From positions 9,052,001 through 9,116,000 of the forward strand of contig CM059432.1 in NCBI GenBank assembly GCA_030390025.1: a stretch of DNA of 64,000 nucleotides, read 5' to 3'. Position 1 is the stretch's first letter; the number at the start of each line of letters is the position of its first letter. Made by a program: the position numbers and the translations under genes. Source of the DNA: Squalus acanthias. Taxonomy: Eukaryota. The notes under the pieces are model-generated. The model saw only the letters and a program-made list of their open reading frames with translations, did no database searches and was not told where the DNA came from. Below are positions 24,880 through 37,369 of the stretch, piece by piece.

Positions 24880-25650
24880 TTTGGGGAACACGACTGCAAA
24901 CCACCTCCCAGTCTGAAAAAACATCCACCTACCACCACACTTTGCTTCCAGTCACTGAGCCAATGCCATATCCCTACCGCCACTTGCCCCTTAATTCCAT
25001 GGGTTTCCACCTTCCTAATAAGCCTCCTGTGTGGCACTTTGTCAAATGCCTTCCAAAAGCCCATATATACAACATCTACGACACTACCTTGATCAACCTT
25101 CTCTGTTACCTCATCAATTAATTCCATCAAGTTAATCAGACACAATTTGCCTTTAACAAATCCATGCTGGCTGTCCTTAATTAGGCCATGCCTTTCCAAA
25201 TGAAAGTTTATTTTGTCCCTGATAATGGTTCCCAATAACTTCCCCACCACCACTGTTAGGCTGACTGGCCTATAGTTTCCCAGTTTATCCCTCTCCCCTT
25301 TCTTGAATAGTGGCATAACATTTGCAATCCTCCAGTTCTCCGGCACTACTCCTGTATCCAATGAGGATTGAAAGATTGTGACCAATGCCTCTGCTATTTC
25401 TACCTTTGCTTGTTTCAGCAACCAAGGATGCATTCCATCTGGACCAGGTGACTTACCAACTCTTCGCAATGCTAATCTTTTTAGTACATCTTCTCAATCT
25501 ATTATTATTCTGTCCATAACTTCCCTCTCCTCTTTTAGTGTAACCTTCACATCATCCGCTTCCTTTGTGAAGACAGATGCAAAGTACTCATTTCATACTT
25601 TAGCCATCTCCTCTGCCTCTACATGAAGATTTCCCTTTGGGTCCTTACTG
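24880..25650 (-). mobile_element. CR1 RT fragment
   Basis: KSPGPDGMHP, NYRPVSLT, QHGFVKGK, KAFDKVPH. Confidence 0.88.
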
Positions 25651-25961
25651 GGCCGAATATTTTGCATAGCTAATTTCTTACACTTTATGGGGGTGATTTT
25701 AGGCAGCGCGTTCAGGCATAAACGATCCTCAGAACGTCCCAAAGCGCTTTACAACCAATGACATACTTTTGAAGTGTAGTCACTGTTGTAATGTAGGAAA
25801 CACGCCAGCCAATTTGCGCACAGCAAGCTCCCACAAACAGCAACATGATAATGACCGGATAATCTGTTTTTAGTGATGTTGATTGAGGGATAAATATTGG
25901 CCCCAGGACACATTGCCTCCCTGGATATGTACTGTGTTAAGGTGTTGTGTTACAGTGTAAT

Positions 25962-28900
25962 GTGAGTGAGTGAGTGAGTGAGTGGATGAGTGAGTGAGTG
26001 AGTGAGCAGATGAGTGAGTGAGTGAGTGAGCGGATGAGTGAGTGAGTGAGTGAGCGGATGAGTGAGTGAGTGAGTGAGTGAGTGAGCGGATGAGTGAGTG
26101 AGTGAGTGAGCGGATGAGTGAGTGAGTGAGTGAGTGAGTGAGCGGATGAGTGAGTGAGTGAGTGAGCGGATGAGTGAGTGAGTGAGTGAGTGAGTGAACG
26201 AGTGAGTGAATGAGTGAGTGAGTGAGTGAGTGAACAAGTGAGTGAGTGGGGGAGTGAATGAGTGAGTGAGTGAGTGAGTGAACGAGTGAGTGAATGAGTG
26301 AGTGAGTGAGTGAACGAGTGAGTGAGTGAGTGAACGGGTGAGTGAGTGAGTGAGTGAGTGAGTGAACGAGTGAGTGAACGAGTGAGTGAGTGAGTGAGTG
26401 AGTAAGTGGGTGAGTGAGTGAGTGAGTGAGTGGGTGAGTGAGTGAATGAGTGAGTGAGTGAGTGAGTGAATGAGTGAGTGAGTGAGTGAGTGAATGAGTG
26501 AGTGAGTGAGTGAACGAGTGAGTGAGTGAGTGAGTGAATGAGTGAGTGAGTGAGTGAGTGAATGAGTGAGTGAGTGAGTGAGTGAGTGAATGAGTGAGTG
26601 AGTGAGTGAGTGAGTGAATGAGTGAGTGAGTGAGTGAATGAGTGAGTGAGTGAGTGAATGAGTGAGTGAGTGAGTGAGTGAGTGAGTGAGTGAACGAGTG
26701 AGTGAGTGAGTGAGTGAATGAGTGAGTGAGTGAGTGAGTGAGTGAATGAGTGAGTGAGTGAATGAGTGAGTGAGTGAGTGAGTGAGTGAACGAGTGAGTG
26801 AGTGAGTGAATGAGTGAGTGAATGAGTGAGTGAGTGAGTGAGTGAGTGAGTGAGTGAGTGAGTGAATGAGTGAGTGAGTGAGTGAGTGAATGAGTGAGTG
26901 AACGAGTGAGTGAGTGAGTGAGTGAGTGAGTGAGTGAGTGAGTGGGTGAGTGAGTGAATGAGTGAGTGAGTGAGTGAGTGAGTGAATGAGTGAGTGAGTG
27001 AGTGAATGAGTGAGTGAGTGAGTGAGTGAACGAGTGAGTGAGTGAGTGAACGAGTGAGTGAGTGAGTGAGTGAGTGAACGAGTGAGTGAGTGAGTGAGTG
27101 GGTGAGTGAGTGAGTGAGTGAGTGAGCAGATGTGTGAGTGAGTGAGTGAGTGAGTGAGCGGATGAGTGAGTGAGTGAGTGAGTGAGCGGATGTGTGAGTG
27201 AGTGAGTGAGTGAGTGAATGAGTGAGTGAGTGAGTGAGTGAACGAGTGAGTGAGTGAGTGAGTGAGCGGATGTGTGAGTGAGTGAGTGAGTGAGTGAGTG
27301 AGCGGATGTGTGAGTGAGTGAGTGAGTGAGTGAGCGGATGAGTGTGTGAGTGAGTGAGTGAGTGAGTGAGCGGATGTGTGAGTGAGTGAGTGAGTGAGTG
27401 AGTGAGCGGATGTGTGTGTGAGTGAGTGAGTGAGTGAGTGAGCGGATGAGTGAGTGAGTGAATGAGTGAGTGAGTGAGTGAGCGGATGAGTGAGTGAGTG
27501 AGTGAGTGAGCGGATGAGTGAGTGAGTGAGTGAGTGAGTGAGCGGATGTGTGAGTGAGTGAGTGAGTGAGTGAGTGAGCGGATGTGTGAGTGAGTGAGTG
27601 AGTGAGCGGATGAGTGAGTGAGTGAGTGAACGAGTGAGTGAGTGAGTGAGCGGATGAGTGAGTGAGTGAGTGAACGAGTGAGTGAGTGAGTGAGCGGATG
27701 AGTGAGTGAGTGAGTGAGTGAACGAGTGAGTGAGTGAGTGAGTGAGCGGATGAGTGAGTGAGTGAATGAGTGAGTGAGTGAGTGAGCAGATGAGTGAGTG
27801 AGTGAGTGAACGAGTGAGTGAACGAGTGAGTGGGTGAGTGAGTGAGTGAATGAGTGAGTGAGTGAGTGAGTGAATGAGTGAGTGAGTGAGTGAGTGAGTG
27901 AATGAGTGAGTGAGTGAACGAGTGAGTGAGTGAGTGAGTGAACGAGTGAGTGAGTGAGTGAGTGAGTGAGTGAACGAGTGAGTGAGTGAGTGAGTGAGTG
28001 AACGAGTGAGTGAGTGAGTGAGTGAACGAGTGAGTGAGTGAGTGAGTGTGTGAGTGAGTGAACGAGTGAGTGAGTGAGTGAGTGAGCGGATGTGTGTGAG
28101 TGAGTGAGTGAGTGAACGAGTGAGTGAACGAGTGAGTGAGTGAGTGAGTGAGCAGATGTGTGAGTGAGTGAGTGAGTGAGTGAGTGGATGAGTGAGTGAG
28201 TGAGTGAGTGAACGAGTGCGTGAGTGAGTGAGTGAGTGAGTGAGTGAACGAGTGAGTGAGTGAGTGAGTGAGTGAGTGAGTGAGCGGATGTGTGAGTGAG
28301 TGAGTGAGTGAGTGAGTGAGTGAGTGAGCGGATGTGTGAGTGAGTGAGTGAGTGAGTGAGCGGATGTGTGAGTGAGTGAGTGAGTGAGCGGATGTGTGAG
28401 TGAGTGAGTGAGTGAGTGAGCAGATGTGTGAGTGAGTGAGTGAGTGAGTGAGCGGATGAGTGAGTGAGTGAGTGAGTGAGCGGATGTGTGAGTGAGTGAG
28501 TGAGTGAGTGAGTGAGCGGATGTGTGAGTGAGTGAGTGAGTGAGCGGATGAGTGAGTGAGTGAGTGAGTGAACGAGTGAGTGAGTGAGTGAGCGGATGAG
28601 TGAGTGAGTGAGTGAACGAACGAGTGAGTGAATGAGTGAGTGAACGAGTGAGTGAGTGAGTGAGTGAACGAGTGAGTGAGTGAGTGAGCGGATGAGTGAG
28701 TGAGTGAATGAGTGAGTGAGTGAGCAGATGAGTGAGTGAGTGAGTGAGTGAGTGAACGAGTGAGTGAGTGAGTGAGTGAGTGAACGAGTGAGTGAGTGTG
28801 TGAGTGAGTGAACGAGTGAGTGAGTGAGTGAGTGAGCGGATGTGTGTGAGTGAGTGAGTGAGTGAGTGAGTGAACGAGTGAGTGAGTGAGTGAGTGAACG

Positions 28901-29563
28901 AGTGAGTGAGTGAGTGAGTGAGCAGATGTGTGAGTGAGTGAGTGAGTGAGTGAGTGGATGAGTGAGTGAGTGAGTGAGTGAACGAGTGCGTGAGTGAGTG
29001 AGTGAGTGAGTGAGTGAACGAGTGAGTGAGTGAGTGAGTGAGTGAACGAGTGAGTGAGTGAGTGAGTGAGCGGATGTGTGAGTGAGTGAGTGAGTGAGTG
29101 AGCGGATGTGTGAGTGAGTGAGTGAGTGAGTGAGTGAGCGGATGTGTGAGTGAGTGAGTGAGTGAGTGAGTGAGTGAGCGGATGTGTGAGTGAGTGAGTG
29201 AGTGAGTGAGTGAGCAGATGTGTGAGTGAGTGAGTGAGTGAGTGAGTGAGTGAGCGGATGTGTGAGTGAGTGAGTGAGTGAGTGAGCGGATGAGTGTGTG
29301 AGTGAGTGAGCGGATGTGTGAGTGAGTGAGTGAGTGAGTGAGTGAGTGAGCGGATGTGTGAGTGAGTGAGTGAGCGGATGAGTGAGTGAGTGAGTGAGCG
29401 GATGAGTGAGTGAGTGAGTGAGCGGATGTGCGAGTGAATGAGTGAGCGGATGAGTGAGTGAGTGAGTGAGTGAGTGAGTGAGCGGATGAGTGAGTGAGTG
29501 TGTGAGTGAGTGAGTGAGCGGGTGAGTGAGTGAGCGGATGAGTGAGTGAGTGAGTGAGTAAGT
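25962..29563. repeat. 3.6-kb interrupted (GAGT)n microsatellite
   Basis: Continuous GAGT with variant units GCGGAT, GCAGAT, GAAT, GAAC; flanked by a Deu-SINE fragment (~25728-25912) and an L2 fragment (~29610-29835). Confidence 0.98.
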
Positions 29564-30369
29564 GGAAAAAGAATAGCATGAAAAGTCATGCATGAGAGTG
29601 AATTCTGATACCCTAAGCTCTGGAATTCCCTGCCTAAACCTCTCCACCTCTCTACCTCTCTCTCCTCCTTTAAGACGCTCCTTAAAACCTCCCTCTTTGA
29701 CCAAGCTTTTGGTCACCAGTCCTAATATCTCCTTATGTGGCTCGGTGTCAAATTCTGTTTGATAACGCTCCTGTGAAGCACCTTGGGGCGTTTTACTATG
29801 TTAAAGGCGCTATATGAATGCAAGTTGTTGTTGTTGAGAGCTGTTTAGAGTGCTGGAGGCTGGGAAACATTGGTTTAAATCACGTAAGATGGCTAATTGC
29901 TTCCATTTGTTTGGCTGTAATGTTTCTGAGACCGATGCAAACTGTAAGTCTATTGTTCATGGCCTCTTCACTGCTGCTCAAGGTCAGCTTGAGAAATGAA
30001 TCAACTATTATGTGTATTGACAATTGAGGCTAAAGAGATATTTCAAAACTGTAGAAATTTTTTGAGATTTGGAAATGAAGAGCGACTTGGGTTAAAAAAA
30101 AAATCATGAGGCGCGATGAACAACATGTTCCGGAGCACTTCAAAGCGATCTGTTCACGGCAATAATCTGATGATCAGAGAAGAAAGGCTCCAGCACCAGT
30201 GAGTGGGTGGCGTATCCGGTGAGCCAGAGACTGGGAGATAGGTGAGAACTGGGAGATGATAACTTAACACATATTGTTGTAACTTGCAAACTCTGGGGGT
30301 GGGGGTGGGGGTGGTGGGGTAATACTTAGAACTAAATTAGATTTAATATGATACACGTTTTAATTCGGC

Positions 30370-30655
30370 TACCCTCTCAGGTAGAAGTAAAAGATCCCAT
30401 GACACTATTTCGAAGAAGAGCAGGGGAAGTTATCCCCGGTGTCCTGGCCAATATTTATCCCTCAATCAACATCACTAAAAACAGATAATCTGGTCATTAT
30501 CACATTGCTGTTTGTGGGACCTTGCTGTGCGCAAATTGGCTGCTGTTTCCCACATTACAACAGTGACTACACTTCAAAAAGTACTTCATTGGCTGTGAAG
30601 CACTTTGGGACATCCTGAGGGCATGAAAATCACTATATAAATACAAGTCTTTCTT
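30370..30655 (+). mobile_element. Deu-domain SINE, 3' part
   Basis: AAAGATCCCATG...GAAGAAGAGCAGGGG core and tail. Confidence 0.8.
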
Positions 30656-31234
30656 TCATCTGTTATTTTAACCTGGGGTATACATTTTTAAGTTAAATCC
30701 TATTCTCAATGTCAAGTGTAAGCACTAACTGGAACAATAATGAAGTCCCTCTGTGTTTCTTAGTTTGTTGCCTGGTAAACAAAGAGGTGGCTTTTGAGGA
30801 GCATCCTACAGGGAGAAAGGGAAGTCGAGAGAGAGAGGTTTAGGGAAAGAATTCCTGAGTGTGGGGCCTAAGCAGCTGAAGGCACAGCCACCAATGGTGG
30901 AGCGAAGGGAGTGGGGTTACACAAGAGAACAGAGTCTGAAGAACAGAGAGATTGGGCGCGGTGTAAACACACATGAAAGGTCTGGTGGCACTTTCTGGAG
31001 ATATTACATCACTTTTTACTCACATCTACTTTTTTCGAAGATATTTCAGCCCCTACATCTCTCTATGGTAGGAGACATTCACTGAGCAAAAGGGTGAGTA
31101 GCTATTCAGGCAACTTGCTGCTTAGGCTTCTGTCAATGCCTGTAACTGCTAGGGAACATGGTCTGACTAACACTCCAAATTTGCCTCTCTCTCTCCATGA
31201 AAGTCCCTTCTTACTGTTTAATGCTGCCTTCAGC

Positions 31235-31830
31235 ACAACAACAACAACTTGCATCTATAGAGCACCTTTAACATAGTAAAACATCCCAAGGCGCTTCACA
31301 GGAGCGATTATCAGAGAGAATTTGACACCGAGCCACACAAAGAGATAATAGGACAGGTGACCAAAAAGTTGGTCAAAGAGGTAAATTTTAAGGAGCGACT
31401 TAATGGAGGATACAGAGTTAGAGAGGCGGAGCGGTTTAGGGAGGCAATTCCAGAGCTTTGGGCCCAGGCCGCTGAAGGCCCAGCGCTGAAGGCACGGCCG
31501 CCAGTGGCGGAGCGACTGAAATCGGGGATGCGCAAAAGGCCAGAATTGGAGGAGCGCAGATGTCTCGGAGGGTTGTAGGACTGGAGCAGGTTAGGAGGGA
31601 CGAGGCCACGGAGGGATTTGAACGCAAGGATGAGCATTTTATAATTGAGGCGTGGCTTTAACAGGGACCCAACGTAGGTCAACATGCAGAGGGGGTGATG
31701 GGGAAACGGGACTTGGTGTGAGTTAGGATACGGGAAAGCAGTGTTTTGGATGAGCTGAAGTTTATGGAACGTGGAAGATGGGAGGCCGGCCAGGAGAGCG
31801 TTGGAATAGTCGAGTCTAGAGGTAACAACT
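31235..31830 (-). mobile_element. L2 ORF2 C-terminal fragment
   Basis: VTSRLDYSNALLAGLP...KLQLIQN. Confidence 0.85.
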
Positions 31831-34306
31831 GTAAGCAGGATTGAGGTTGTGGTGAGAATGCAGTCTGATGACTGCATAAACTCTTCAAGCTTTGCTATCA
31901 TCGTTGGTAACGTTACCAAATTACATTTCAAACTGTATCAGATGCCCATCCATCCTTTATTCCTTAATGTAATGCCGCAACTGGAAAAAAAAGTTAATTA
32001 AAAATAAACAGTAAAAAATATCACCGTTTCTGTGCTCGGTCCATCTTGTTGCCACGTACTTGACTATTACAAACCTTTCATTATAATAGACTTTTGCCCG
32101 GCTCCCTTCTGAAGTTCCGTTAAGTCAATGGCATCTAACCCCCAAAGTTCACGCGAACAAACACCCTCTCATAAGAAACAGATTAGCAATTTGTGCTTCC
32201 TCTGAGCCCTGTTGTGTCAAGTCTGAACAGCTGTAATTGTTTAGGTTTTCAAACAGAAGTTACTAATCCCATGGCATCTCCCGTCTGCAGTTTGAGTAAC
32301 AAACGCATCTATCGTATTCCTTTCAATGCCTTTTCTCGTAAGAACATAAGAATTATGAGCAGGAGTCGGCCATTCGGCCCCTCGAGCCTGCCCCGTCATT
32401 CAATAAGATCATGGCTGATCTTCAACCTCAACCAGTTCCCATGTCCCTTGATTCCTTTAGAGTCCAAAAATCTATCAATCTCAGCCTTGAATATACTCAA
32501 TGACTGAGCATCTTTGGGGCAGAGAATACTCACAACCCACTGAGTGAAGAAATTCCTCCTCATCTCAGTCTTAAAAGGCCCGGGCAGCAATGCGGTCGGG
32601 TGCTGATGCCCTGTGTCCTGTGCAGCTTCAGTTGATTGCGGAGAAAGGTTGGTATGGATGTTGGTGCTGCTGGTGTGCCCGGTGCTGCTGGTGTTGGGGC
32701 TGATCGTGGTGGGACTCTGAGGTCCAAGGTGAGATTTTTTCAAGGGTGCCGATGCTGATGGAATAGATGGCAGGTGAGGCTGAGATAACAGAAGCGATCT
32801 GTCAATGGTGAGAGAGGTTGTTCCATTGAGGTGACACTAGATAGAGAGTTTGCTCCAAACACTTGCTAGCTGCATAAAGCTCAATCTGGCTTCCAAATGC
32901 AGTAAGCAACAGCTTCTAACCTTGGAAAGTGAAGACCTCTGAAATGGGAGCTTTTATAGACCATTTGCAGCTGTCAAGTTAGTAAATCATCCCATGCTGA
33001 CACAACTCCCGACCTCCTGACCAAACGTGATCCCCGAGCAGCGGGGAAGCCGTTGGCGAACTCTAAAAATCTAAAGGTAAGCTTCAAATAATACTTAATT
33101 GCCTCTTAACAATTAAGCTAATGATCTAAATTGCTTCCCCCGCTGCTTGGTGTCGGGTCTGTTCAGCGCCGACAGACCCGACACCTGGGAGACTAGCGTG
33201 GAGGCGGGTTGAGCAGTGGGGTCCCGACCGGCTGTCAATCATTTCATATTTCCCAGCTGACCTGCCTCCGATCCCGTCCCCTCAGCGCCTGCAAAATTCC
33301 ACCCTCTGTGTTTCTTTTACTGGGACACCTAAATCTCTCTGAACACCAACATTTAATAGTTTCTCACCATTTAAAAAATAAGCTGCTTTTCTATTCTTCC
33401 TCCATTGCTTTCCACTCATGAAATCTTCTCTGTGGAGAATTAATTCATTCATGGGATGTGGGCGTCGCCTACAAGGCCAGCATTTATTGCCCATCCCTAG
33501 TTGCCCGTGAGACAGTGGTGGTGAGCCGCCTTCTTGAACCGCTGCAGTCCGTGTGGTGAAGATGCTCCCACAGTGCTGTTGGGGAGGGAGTTCCAGGATT
33601 TTGACCCAGCGACGATGAAGGAACGGCCGATATATTTCCAAGTCAGGATGGTGCGTGACTTAAGAGGGAACTTGGAGGTGGTGATGGTAATGCTGTTGAA
33701 TGTCAAAGGGCGGTGGTTAGACGCTCACTTGTTGGAGATAGTCATTGCCTGGCATTTGGCCATAACCCTTGGAAATTCCTAAGAATAAAGGTCCACGGAG
33801 ATGATTAGCTCTTGGCATCAAGATGGTGTCCGTTGACTGCAAGTCTCTGCTTCTTGCACTGAATCCAATGGAGCATAAAACTGGGCGCGTGTAAATTGGA
33901 CATCTGACCCGAACCTGCGCTGCACCCAGTGGCTGCATTAGGTTTAAACAGGGTGAATAATGTCGAGTGGAGAGTTTCAAGTTTAAGACTAAACAGTCGT
34001 GTTCCTACATATAGAGAGAGCAGCAGTCCCAAAATAATTCAGCAGCTGTATTGAACACTAACTGCTCATCAACAACATACCGTACACATCATGACAAGTC
34101 AACACCGAACTCTTCAAAATCAATGATGTTTTAAGTCATAATTCGAAGTTTCTTTAGTACTCCCACCACTTGGTCAGAACACGGCTGCATACTGCTCAAC
34201 CGAAAACTTTAAGCTCCGATCTAACTTCGTGTTCAATAGAGAGAAAAATCCCTCCAGTACCGAGTACAGAGCATCAAATTATCGTGAGTGTTATCAGACT
34301 CTCGTA

Positions 34307-34491
34307 GGCCTAGAAATTCGTCTCGGCAGCTGGTGCAAAGCGGGCGGTATGGGATCGGCCGCCCGTTATACACAGCGCCTGATATTCGGCTGCGTTGACT
34401 CCAATGGACTGACTATCAGGCGCTGTTTATAACGGGCGGCCGATCCGACAGCGCCCGCTTTGCACCTCCGCCCAAGACTAATTTCTAGACC
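34307..34491. mobile_element. 185-bp fold-back MITE
   Basis: ~78-bp arms GGCCTAGAAATT...GCGCCTGATA / TATCAGGCGC...AATTTCTAGACC. Confidence 0.8.
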
Positions 34492-35754
34492 GACTCCAAA
34501 CATCCACTTTGAAACTGATTTTTGCAATATCTTCTTGACAAAATGGCAAAGATGACGAAATCATGCTCATGGCCAGATACTGGAAGAATGTTCTGTGCAT
34601 GAGCTAGAAATAGTCATGCAACCATTCGGTGTTTAGTAAACAGAAATTATTCGTGCGCTAGAATCTATGATAGTCAGAGTAAGTACTTTTCTACATTATT
34701 AAGATACAAGCTCAATTAACGGGTACAGAAAATCTCTGCGGGGAATTTTTCTAAGTTTAGAACTCTTTACCGCCTTCTCCTGTTTTATTGCCATTAACAT
34801 GTCACAGCTACATCTACCGATTACCACATTCCAAATTAGCCCGGTGATTGACGGGAAACTGCTGTGGATAAACTGAGGGCTATTGACTCATAGGTTTTGC
34901 TGGTTTCATTGTGAAACAGAGGGACGCAGACACCCAAAAAAGAAATGATTAAAACCCTAACAGGGAGGGTTTCTATAAACCGCACCATATCTGGATCCGT
35001 ACCAGAGACTTTGTGACCTTTCGTACTTTCGTTTCAAAATGCCTGTTTTGTTCTTTTAGTTGCCTATAATGGATATGATGCCAACAAGTCTTTCAAGTTA
35101 ATAGCATTTCCTTTCCCGCAATCTTGCTGAACTTGAGACAAGAATCTAACTGTGTAACCTTAATGTATAGCCCGGCCCTGTGTGTGAAGTAATTGATTGT
35201 TGCGCGCAGCAGCCCTCCTGCACTATGCTGCTTTCTCATTCAGCGATTCAACATATTTTCCATGCCCTTTGTGGAAAAATTTGTCACGGTGAAAGAGATT
35301 GCAAAGCAAATAATTAACCCTTGGACTATTACCACCAAATAACAGTAAAGCCTCTGACATGTTGTATTATGAATGAAAGTTATGAGCAGGATGTACAATG
35401 GCAAGTATAGTTTTGTGTCTATTATACTGCCCTGAAAACACTAATCACCACACAATAATTTCTGAACACTCAGACATGCAACGATTAAAGGTTTACCGTC
35501 TGCACAAGCAGTAATTAATCACTAACTAAATGATTATGAATGATACAGTAGAAAAAGGGTAACTAATAAAACACACGTTATTCGTTCAATTACATGCTAC
35601 ATCCTGCTAAAAGTGCCTACATTTTTTTTTGCCGGGTAGGATCAGTATTTAATCAACAGAAGGTGCATATCATAGCTTGGATTGTAAAACCTTGCATTCA
35701 TTCTCACAAAGTCTTCTGGCAAACAGCACATTAGTTTATCATCAACAAACAACA

Positions 35755-36705
35755 GGAATTCTCTACCCCCAAAGGACTGCTCAATCGTTGAGTATGTTCA
35801 AGGCTGAGATAGATAGATTTTTGGACACTAGAGGAATCAAGGGATATGGAGATCGGGCGGGGAAAGTGGAGTTGATGCCTAAGATCAGCCACGATCTTAT
35901 TGAATGGCGGAGCAGGCTCAAGGGGCCGTATGGCCTACTCCTGCTCCTAATTCTATCTCCAACAAGCGAGTCTAACCATCTCCCCTTGACATTCAACGGC
36001 ATTACCATCGCCGAATCCCCCACCATCAACATTCTGGGGGTCACCATTGACCAGAAACTTAACTGGACCAGCCACATAAATACTGTGGCAACAAGAGCAG
36101 GTCAGAGGCTGGGTATTCTGCGGTGAGTGTCTCCCCTCCTGACTCCCCAAAGCCTTTCTACCATCTACAAGGCACAAGTAAGGAGTGTGATGGAATACTC
36201 TCCACTTGCCTGGATGAGTGCAGCTCCCAACAACACTCAAGAAGCTCAACACCATCCAGGACAAAGCAGCCCGTTTGATTGGCACCGCATCCACCACCTT
36301 AAACATTCACTCCTCCACCACCGGCGCACCGTGGCTGCAGTGTGTAACATCTACAAGATGCACTGCAGCAACTCGCCAAGGCTTCTTCGGCAGCACCTCC
36401 CAAACCCATGACCTCTGCCACCTAGAAGGGCAAGGGCAGCAGGCGCATGGGAACACCACCACCTCCAAGTTCCCCTCCAAGTCACACACCATCCTGACGT
36501 AGAAGTATATCGCCGATCCTTCATCGTCGCTGGGTCAAAATCCTGGAACTCCCTCCCTAACAGCACTGTGGGAGCACCTTCACCACACGGACTGCAGCGG
36601 TTCAAGAAGGCGGCTCACCACCACCTTCTCAAGGGCAACTAGGGATGGGCAATAAATGCTGGCCTTGTAGGCGATGCCCAGATCCCATAAGCGAATTAAA
36701 AAAAA
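35755..36705 (+). mobile_element. CR1 tail followed by a LINE 3' fragment (35965-36705)
   Basis: FKAEIDRFL; LGVTIDQKLNW...YKAQVRSVMEYSP. Confidence 0.85.
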
Positions 36706-37369
36706 ATGTCAGAGCTACCAAATATTGATGTTAGTAGTTTTAATGCTTCACATTAAACAGTCAAATTAATTTTATTTGTCTGCCTCGTTACCCAGTTTTG
36801 AACGTCTGGTGGTAACGCCCCTCGTAACTATATTTTAATTCAGGGAAAGCCGGTGGCTCCGAGCCACAAAGTACTAATTGCCCAATCAGAAGGCTCCAAG
36901 TTCAGAGGTCATTCCTGATGTACTAGTGAGCTCATCAACTGTCACTGGGGGACTTCCAATGATTCTAAGCCAGGCTGCCAGTTGGAACGCTTCACTGGTG
37001 CCAGAAGGGTCATCGACCTGGAACGTTAACTCTGTTTCTCTCTCCACGGATGCTGCCTGACCCGCTGAGAATATCCAGCATTTGTTATTTAAGACCATTG
37101 AGGTGTCAGGAATGCCGACAAGACTAGCACGTGTAATCGCCACGGGTGATTGGGTTTTACCGTTCAACGCTCACAAACACTGAGGTAGCAGAATCTTTCA
37201 GGCGGCCCGGACAGCGAAACACACTGGCCGCTCACTCGTTTCTGCTGGGGTGGTGGGGGGGAGGCGGGGGGGGGGGTGGCCCTATACAAAGAAAGACTCT
37301 CATTTATATAGCGCCTTTCACCACCTCAGGACATCCCAAAGCGTCTTACAGCCAATGAAGTACTTTTTT

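Noticed and set aside
25962..29563. CRISPR-like array
   Set aside because: No unique spacers, no cas genes, eukaryotic context.
25870..29716. Three >1200-aa minus-strand ORFs (LTHS repeats)
   Set aside because: Artefact of the stop-free (ACTC)n microsatellite.
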